Made by a program: the position numbers and the translations under genes | DNA from: Trichormus sp. ATA11-4-KO1 | GTDB taxonomy: Bacteria; Cyanobacteriota; Cyanobacteriia; Cyanobacteriales; Nostocaceae | Direction: 5' to 3' | Assembly (NCBI GenBank): GCA_019358915.1 | Contig: JAHHIM010000053.1 | Coordinates: forward strand, 1 to 21,348 | DNA length: 21,348 nucleotides | In this document: positions 15,728 through 21,348 of the stretch, piece after piece | Layout of the letters: every line of letters starts with the position of its first letter | Numbering within the stretch: the first letter of the stretch is position 1 | Notes under the pieces: generated by a model | Seen by the model: only the letters and a program-made list of their open reading frames with translations | Told to the model about the DNA's origin: nothing | Databases searched by the model: none

Positions 15728-17887
15728 ATGCTAAACATTCCTCAACTACTGGCAACTGAAATAGACCTTAAACCTTATCAGGTACAAAACGCGCTGGAAC
15801 TTTTGGCGGAGGGTGCAACGGTTCCCTTTATTGCACGTTACCGCAAAGAACGCACTGGCGAAATGAATGAAGTCCAACTGCGCGATCTATTTGAGCGATA
15901 TGCTTATTTAACTGAACTAGAAGCACGAAAATCGGTGATTTTAAATGCGATCGCCGAACAAGGTAAACTCACAGATGAACTAAAAGCGAAAATTGCGTCT
16001 TGTTTACAAAAAACTGAGCTTGAGGATTTATACCTACCTTATCGACCAAAACGCCGGACTCGCGCTACTCTCGCCAGAGAAAAAGGACTAGAACCCCTAG
16101 CAGAGTTGATGAAGTCGCTAAATAGCAAAAATACTGCAACAGTCTCACTGGAAGTGGAAGCAGCGAAGTATGTTTCTGAAACTCAGGGCGTTAAAACACC
16201 ACAAGAGGCGCTCAAAGGTGCTGCTGATATTTTAGCGGAAGAGGTAGCCGAACAAGCCGAGTTGCGTGCATATCTGCGTGATTACTTGCTAGAAGAGGGT
16301 GTATTTGTTTCCCGCATCAAAAATGACCATCCTGAAGGTACAACCAAGTTTGAGATGTACCGCAACTATCAAATTAAAGTGAGAAATATTGCACCCCATA
16401 ATATGCTGGCGTTGTGTCGGGGTGAGGCTGAGGGAGTTTTGAACTATGAAATTGCTTTTGATGAAGATTTGGTACTAGCTTATTTAGAATCAAAAATAAT
16501 TAAGACAAAAAATCGGATAATTCGGGATTTTTATCAGGTGATGCTCAAGGATGCATTCAATCGGCTGATGAAAACTTCCATCATCGGTGAAGTAATTTCG
16601 GAAGAGAAAACCTACGCTGATATTGAATCAATTAAAACCTTTGAAGCCAATTTGCGAGAATTATTATTATCTGCACCAGCCGGGATGAAACCAACTCTGG
16701 CCATAGATCCTGGATTTAGAACTGGGTGTAAAGTAGCGGTACTCGACCAAACCGGGCAATTTTTAGAATATCAAGCGGTGTTTCCTCACCAAGCTGCTGA
16801 ACAACGCGCCAAAGCTGCACAAACTATGAAAAATCTGATTGAAAAATATCAGATTGAGTTGATTGCTATTGGTAACGGTACAGCTTCCCGCGAGACGGAT
16901 GAGTTTGTGGCGCAAGTGTTACAAACCATCAACCGTAAACCAATTAAAGTGATGGTGAATGAGTCTGGTGCATCGATCTATTCTGCTAGTAAAGTGGCAC
17001 TAGAAGAATTTCCCAATTTGGATGTAACTGTACGTGGTGCTATTAGCATCGGTCGCCGTTTACAAGATCCTCTGGCGGAACTGGTGAAAATTGACCCCAA
17101 GTCTATCGGTGTGGGACAGTACCAACATGATGTTGATCAAAAGTTATTGAAAAAGAAACTAGATGAAACTGTAGAAAGTTGCGTTAACTACGTTGGTGTA
17201 GACTTAAACACCGCTTCTAAAGAACTTTTGACCTTTGTTTCGGGAATTACCCCCACAGTTGCCAATAACATTATTGCTTATCGCAACCAGCATGGAGCCT
17301 TTAAAAATCGCCGACAACTTTTAAAAGTGGCAAAGTTGGGGCCAAAAGCCTTTGAACAAGCTGCGGGGTTTCTGCGAATTCGTGGTGGAGACAACCCCTT
17401 AGATAATACAGCCGTGCATCCAGAAAGTTACTCAGTGGTGCAGGCGATCGCAGCTGATTTAGATGTAACTTTAAATCAAGTAACGCAAATTGCCGAAAAA
17501 CTCAAAAAAACCAACCTGAAAAAATACGTCACTGACACCGTTGGTGAACCCACACTGCGCGACATTCTCAGCGAACTAGAGAAACCAGGTAGAGACCCCC
17601 GTGCTGAATTTAAGTATGCCACCTTCAGAGAGGGAATCAAGGAAATTACCGACTTGCAGGTGGGAATGGAATTAGAGGGAATTGTCACCAATGTTGCTAA
17701 CTTTGGTGCATTTGTTGATATTGGCGTACATCAAGATGGTTTAGTACATATTTCCCAACTAGCTGACAGATTCGTAGATGATCCCAAGAAAATCGTCAAA
17801 GTCGGACAAGTTGTCAAAGTACGAGTGTTAGAAGTTAACGAAAAATTGAAGCGAATTAGCTTATCGATGAAAGTGATTAGGGAATAG
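15728..17887 (+). CDS. tex: Tex family RNA-binding transcriptional accessory protein
   Basis: GATVPFIARYRKERTG, IDPGFRTGCK (YqgF-like domain), SIGRRLQDPLAELVKIDPKSIGVGQYQHD, HhH motifs and a C-terminal S1 domain (FGAFVDIGVHQDGLVHIS). Confidence 0.96.
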   Translation: MLNIPQLLATEIDLKPYQVQNALELLAEGATVPFIARYRKERTGEMNEVQLRDLFERYAYLTELEARKSVILNAIAEQGKLTDELKAKIASCLQKTELEDLYLPYRPKRRTRATLAREKGLEPLAELMKSLNSKNTATVSLEVEAAKYVSETQGVKTPQEALKGAADILAEEVAEQAELRAYLRDYLLEEGVFVSRIKNDHPEGTTKFEMYRNYQIKVRNIAPHNMLALCRGEAEGVLNYEIAFDEDLVLAYLESKIIKTKNRIIRDFYQVMLKDAFNRLMKTSIIGEVISEEKTYADIESIKTFEANLRELLLSAPAGMKPTLAIDPGFRTGCKVAVLDQTGQFLEYQAVFPHQAAEQRAKAAQTMKNLIEKYQIELIAIGNGTASRETDEFVAQVLQTINRKPIKVMVNESGASIYSASKVALEEFPNLDVTVRGAISIGRRLQDPLAELVKIDPKSIGVGQYQHDVDQKLLKKKLDETVESCVNYVGVDLNTASKELLTFVSGITPTVANNIIAYRNQHGAFKNRRQLLKVAKLGPKAFEQAAGFLRIRGGDNPLDNTAVHPESYSVVQAIAADLDVTLNQVTQIAEKLKKTNLKKYVTDTVGEPTLRDILSELEKPGRDPRAEFKYATFREGIKEITDLQVGMELEGIVTNVANFGAFVDIGVHQDGLVHISQLADRFVDDPKKIVKVGQVVKVRVLEVNEKLKRISLSMKVIRE

Positions 17888-17940
17888 GTGACAGGTGACA
17901 GTATTTTTTACTCAGCACTCAGCACTCAGCACTCAGCACT
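17887..17940 (+). repeat. Heptamer repeats GGTGACA x2 and ACTCAGC x4
   Basis: Direct tandem repeats in the tex-hydrolase spacer. ACTCAGC is the reverse-strand form of the GAGTGCT array. A degenerate copy also lies at ~11858-11877. Confidence 0.85.
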
Positions 17941-17948
17941 TAAAAAAG

Positions 17949-18785
17949 ATGCCTTTACGTCAAACGTTGTCAAAACCTGACATTCAACTTTCCTATTTAG
18001 AGTGGAAGCAAGGTAAAGAACCTTTACTGCTATTACATGGTTTAGCTGACCATGCCCTGGTCTGGTCAAGCTTAGGAGATGATTTAGCCGCAGATTATCA
18101 CATCGTAGCGCCAGATATGCGTGGTCATGGTGAAAGCAGCAAGCCGGAGAATGATTATACCTTTGCCAGTGCGATCGCTGACCTAGAAGCACTTATGGAT
18201 CATCTGGGATGGTCTTCTATCCATGTTGTGAGTCATTCATGGACGGGTAAACTAGCCGCTATCTGGGCTAGACAAAATCCGGAACGGTTACGCAGTATGG
18301 TTTTGGTTGATCCCATTTTTATCTGGAAAATACCCAGTTTCTTGGGGGTAACTTTTCCCTTGTTGTACCGTTTCTTATCTTTTCTCAAAGGTATGGGCCC
18401 CTTTGCCAGTTACGAGGAAGCCGAACAACAAGCAAGGCAGTTAAACCAATATCAAGGATGGACTACCTTACAACAACAAGTATTTCAAGCTGGAATAGAA
18501 CAAAAACTTGATGGTAGTTGGGGTAGTAAGTTTACTATTGCTGCCCGCGATGGAATTTTTGCCGACGTGATGCGCGTACCTGGTTTTATTTCCCCCCTTG
18601 ATACTCCTACCCTGTTCATACAGCCAGAAAAAGGACTTAATCGCCAAAATTGGCAAATTAAACCTTACAAAACCTATCTCAAAAATCTCCACCTGTGCCA
18701 AGTTCCTGGCAATCATTGGCCATTTTTGACGCAACCTGAGGCATTTAACCGGACTGTAGCCGCATTCTTAGCAGAATGTAAATAA
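17949..18785 (+). CDS. Alpha/beta fold hydrolase
   Basis: LLLHGLADH, APDMRGHGES, nucleophile elbow SHSWTG and catalytic His in GNHWPF. ATG at 17949 is preferred because the GTG 17895 extension is translated heptamer repeat. Confidence 0.9.
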   Translation: MPLRQTLSKPDIQLSYLEWKQGKEPLLLLHGLADHALVWSSLGDDLAADYHIVAPDMRGHGESSKPENDYTFASAIADLEALMDHLGWSSIHVVSHSWTGKLAAIWARQNPERLRSMVLVDPIFIWKIPSFLGVTFPLLYRFLSFLKGMGPFASYEEAEQQARQLNQYQGWTTLQQQVFQAGIEQKLDGSWGSKFTIAARDGIFADVMRVPGFISPLDTPTLFIQPEKGLNRQNWQIKPYKTYLKNLHLCQVPGNHWPFLTQPEAFNRTVAAFLAECK

Positions 18786-18786
18786 A

Positions 18787-18889
18787 GAGTGCATCCCAAT
18801 TTTTTTTCAAAGACAAAGCTTTTGTTAAGCCTTTGCATCACTCTGCGTGAACCTCGGCGCTCCTTTGCGTTTAAAAAATCATGCCCCCC
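18787..18889. repeat. Degenerate MITE-like repeat with CT(C/T)TGCGT units
   Basis: CTTTGCATCACTCTGCGTGAACCTCGGCGCTCCTTTGCGTTTAAAAAA resembles 10581-10605. The weak ends are GAGTGCATCCCAATTTTT and AAAAAATCATGCCCCC. Confidence 0.4.
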
Positions 18890-18960
18890 TATGTTCAGTT
18901 TTCTTCGGTGCTTCTTCATTGAAAACAGAGAATACCACAGATGTCTCCCTTTAATTAATC

Positions 18961-20190
18961 ATGAGCCTTTGTATAAATCCAGTTTGTCCTCAACCTTATC
19001 ACCCCGATAATCAAGACCGTTTCTGTAAAAGTTGTGGTTCACAACTGGAATTACTAGGACGTTATCGGGTAATAAGTTTGTTGAGTGATAAAAATGGTTT
19101 TAGCAAAGTCTATGAGGCGTACGCACAAGACACACCGAAAATCCTCAAGGTACTCAATGAAGACATATCACACGACGCTCAAGCAGTGGAACTGTTTTGC
19201 CAAGAAGCATCGCTGTTAGAACATCTCAATCATCCGGATATTCCTCCATTCGAGGATTATTTTCAGTATCAAACTCGAAATAATTTGGTTTTACACTGCA
19301 TTGTCATGGAAAAAATTGACCAGCCTAACTTGGAGGAGTGGCTGAAGCAGCATGATAGCTTAATGTCCCAAGCACAAGTTGTGGATTGGTTGAAAAATTT
19401 GGTCAAGCAGCAGACAGGAAGTACCACGGCAAATGTGGTAACTAGTTCTCAACCTAATGTAACTTTGCCCAACCCAGCAAAGCATTCAGAAAAAGTGCCT
19501 TTACCAGCACTATTTGCTGCCCTGCTAGTTTCCTTGGGGTTACTTAGTGCCATCGCTTTAGCAACACGTTCTCCTCAGTTTGCTTTTTTGGCAACATCAA
19601 CACAATCGCCGCAAAGAAAAGGCACGATTGATTATTTCCCTTATGAAGCAGGCCGGGATAGTCAAGGTAGAACTGCTCAATTTAATATAGCTGTTTTATC
19701 AGTTGACTATAAATGGCTGGTAAGTAGCAATTTTCAAATTAAATATGATGATAAAGTTATTAGTCTTGATGTTTTAAAATTGAAATTAGAACAAGAAAGC
19801 ATCCAGACAATTATGGAAGATCCTAGTGAAATTATTTCTGTAGGTATGGCTAATTGTGAGGGAAATAAAGCAAATGCAGAACGCATAGCCTTAGAACGTT
19901 CTCAGCAAATACAACGTTTAGCCAAAAGATTATTTAGTAATACACCCAGTGTCCAAGGTTATCGCTTATTAAATCTTGGTCAATTTCAACGGACTAATTG
20001 TCAAGCCAATCAGGATTTAACTACATATCAAAACAGTGTGATTATTATTGGTGTTAAAACACAATCAGATAACGTAATTCTGGATGAAGCTTTACGGGAT
20101 AGGTTAGAAAATAAACCGTTTGCGGATTTTAAATTAAAAGATTATTCTTTGGGGTCGGTGGACAGATTTACAACCATATCTAGTAATTGA
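18961..20190 (+). CDS. 4-Cys prefix + truncated Ser/Thr kinase (N-lobe only) + TM helix + extracytoplasmic OmpA-like domain protein
   Basis: CINPVC...FCKSCGS; RYRVISLL, GFSKVY, ILKVL, FCQEA, LNHPDIP and CIVMEKI. No HRD, DFG or APE motif. Hydrophobic LPALFAALLVSLGLLSAIALA, then IISVGMANCEG...ERIALERSQQI. Confidence 0.8.
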   Translation: MSLCINPVCPQPYHPDNQDRFCKSCGSQLELLGRYRVISLLSDKNGFSKVYEAYAQDTPKILKVLNEDISHDAQAVELFCQEASLLEHLNHPDIPPFEDYFQYQTRNNLVLHCIVMEKIDQPNLEEWLKQHDSLMSQAQVVDWLKNLVKQQTGSTTANVVTSSQPNVTLPNPAKHSEKVPLPALFAALLVSLGLLSAIALATRSPQFAFLATSTQSPQRKGTIDYFPYEAGRDSQGRTAQFNIAVLSVDYKWLVSSNFQIKYDDKVISLDVLKLKLEQESIQTIMEDPSEIISVGMANCEGNKANAERIALERSQQIQRLAKRLFSNTPSVQGYRLLNLGQFQRTNCQANQDLTTYQNSVIIIGVKTQSDNVILDEALRDRLENKPFADFKLKDYSLGSVDRFTTISSN

Positions 20191-20206
20191 TCATGTAATC
20201 CCCTGA

Positions 20207-20620
20207 GAGGTTGTTTTAAAAGTGATCGGCTGTGATTTTAGGCACTATTGATCCCCCCCAGCCCCCCTAAAAAAGGCAGGGCTGATTCGTTCCCTAAAAG
20301 GGTTAAAATTGCAAGGGCAAATCCACAATTAAGACCGAAAATTTTGGCATCTTCAGTCCGAAATACCTGATTTTTCTTTGCGTCTTTGCGCCTTTGCGTG
20401 AGATTATCCTCTTGACAAATCTCCAACACAAGCGAATGAAACAGCCCTGCGCAACGGAGTGGCTCCCCCGCCGCAGGATGCGCGCAGCGCTGTAGTGGAG
20501 CAAGTGGCGTGGTTTCCCCCAGGAGGAACTGCCGTAAAGCCCTAACGGGCATAGCTGCGCTTACCGCGTAGCGTGCCGTAGGCATAAGGCTTTGCCGACT
20601 TGTAGTATTTTCTCAACCTC
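20207..20620. mobile_element. Composite of an IS1031-derived MITE end and multiple small repeats
   Basis: TGA|GAGGTTGTTTTAAAAGT matches 15 of 17 nt of the IS IR at 107-123. CCCCCCTAAAAAAGG hairpin remnant; CTTTGCG(T/C) x3 at ~20376-20399; GC-rich SDR cluster at 20445-20605; ends in CAACCTC. Confidence 0.6.
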
Positions 20621-21042
20621 CTAAAAATAAACGTCCTGGGGAAGGACGAAATTCCTATATCAAAAAACGGTTGCAGATTTTAGCAACTAATACAAATTTA
20701 GTGGAAATTGATTTACTGCGAGATGGTAAACCAATTGATAAACTACCAAATAATATTCAAACCGACTATCGGATTTTAGTTAGTCGTGCATCCCAGCGTC
20801 CCAAAGCAGATTTATACCCATTTAATTTACACAATCCTATCCCTTCTTTCTTCTTACCTTTACGCGAAGACGATACAGAACCATTGTTAGAAATACAACC
20901 TTTAATGAATGATTTGTACGATGAAGGGAATTATGATTTGGTTATTGATTATACTCAACAACCTATACCTGCTCTTTCACAAGAAAGTTGGAATTGGGTC
21001 AGTGAACTTTTGCAATCTCACTGTAGAAATAGCAAACTTTAA
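20620..21042 (+). pseudogene. 5'-truncated DUF4058 family gene
   Basis: In frame from 20620: PKNKRPGEGRNSYIKKRLQILATNTNLVEIDLLRDG...YDLVIDY, the C-terminal half of DUF4058 proteins. The MPSPFPGMDPYLE-type N-terminus is absent. Confidence 0.75.
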
Positions 21043-21109
21043 CTGTTAAACTTTCCATGTGGCATTTCCAACAGCAGATAATACAGAAAGTCTCACACAC
21101 CCCTAAATT

Positions 21110-21222
21110 AACGTGAATTCGACAAATATCAAAAACCCCGCTTTCATTCCTCTCCCCTGCAAGCTGTTGAGCTTTCCAGATATTTAAGCCCCTCTGGGCA
21201 TCAAAGAGGGGTTGGGGTCAGG
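21110..21222. repeat. Left part of an AACGTGAATTCGA-ended MITE-like repeat, cut by the downstream IS
   Basis: AACGTGAATTCGAC end; TTCCTCTCCCC...GAGGGGTTGGGGTCAGG; hairpin CCCCTCT-N9-AGAGGGG at 21189-21211. Family assignment is from recall only. Confidence 0.4.
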
Positions 21223-21348
21223 AGAACTCTTGCAAAAGTTTTTTGTGGTATAGTATAAAGTTTGGCAATTTTCGATTAGGAATTTGAGGAACAGTGAAAA
21301 TAGAGAAAGCTAAACAGCTTACTGCGAGAAAATTTAAGCGCATGACTG
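21223..21348 (+). mobile_element. Left end of an IS5-family (ISL2/IS702-like) insertion sequence, truncated by the window edge
   Basis: Candidate IR AGAACTCTTGCAAAAGT at 21223-21239, followed by an RBS and a transposase N-terminus. Confidence 0.7.
21294..21348 (+). CDS. ISL2/IS702-like transposase, N-terminal fragment
   Basis: GAGGA RBS at 21286-21290, then GTG giving MKIEKAKQLTARKFKRMT(G), which matches the FKRxTGV N-terminal motif of these transposases. Confidence 0.7.
   Translation, partial: MKIEKAKQLTARKFKRMT

Larger units (their letters stand above)
2193..18178. repeat. Dispersed HIP1 octamers GCGATCGC (about 18 copies counted by eye)
   Basis: Copies start at 2193, 3289, 3901, 4801, 6295, 6835, 6961, 9141, 10665, 11564, 12368, 13712, 13978, 14658, 14807, 15947, 17444 and 18171. 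HIP1 over-representation is a cyanobacterial signature. Confidence 0.9.

Noticed and set aside
17895..17948. N-terminal extension of the alpha/beta hydrolase from GTG 17895
   Set aside because: It is translated ACTCAGC repeat. ATG 17949 gives a normal start.
510..19010. Short shadow ORFs (510-830, 1443-1655, 3709-4041, 3848-4111, 4028-4252, 4128-4313, 6110-6304, 6643-6975, 11366-11554, 11586-11786, 12405-12590, 12580-12777, 13826-14032, 14470-14691, 17476-17691, 17926-18192, 18468-18734, 18713-18919, 18789-19010)
   Set aside because: They overlap well-supported genes in another frame or strand, or run through repeats, and show no recognisable motifs.
20238..20585. ORFs 20238-20585 and 20303-20503 on the minus strand
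   Set aside because: They lie entirely within the repeat pile-up and have no protein-family features.
1..21348. Composite transposon formed by the two terminal IS elements
   Set aside because: The ends belong to different IS5 subgroups with different IRs, and the cargo is core genes (thyX, aroA, tex). An assembly break explains it better.

Overview
This is a chromosomal window from a filamentous cyanobacterium, most likely heterocystous (Nostocales). The evidence is about 18 HIP1 octamers (GCGATCGC), STRR heptamer arrays, small dispersed repeats (SDRs), an hli gene with an HLR1/RpaB promoter and a cyanobacterial-type thyX. Each end of the window falls inside the 5' end of a different IS5-family element (IS1031-like on the left, ISL2/IS702-like on the right), so it looks like a contig broken at IS copies. 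Genes in order: natB, SAM methyltransferase, 5'-disrupted GNAT, pterin carbinolamine dehydratase, SDR oxidoreductase, treZ-treY (no adjacent treH), thyX, hli, thioredoxin-like protein, hypothetical protein, aroA, small membrane protein, tex, alpha/beta hydrolase, a 4-Cys/half-kinase/TM/OmpA-like protein and a DUF4058 remnant. Most of the unusual signal is intergenic: a triple-nested 23-26 nt SDR, SDR copies with covarying stems, a MITE inside a heptamer array, and repeats that supply gene starts and stops. The most unusual protein is a membrane-anchored kinase derivative that lacks the entire catalytic C-lobe. I found no CRISPR array, rRNA or tRNA. All calls were made by eye, without database searches.
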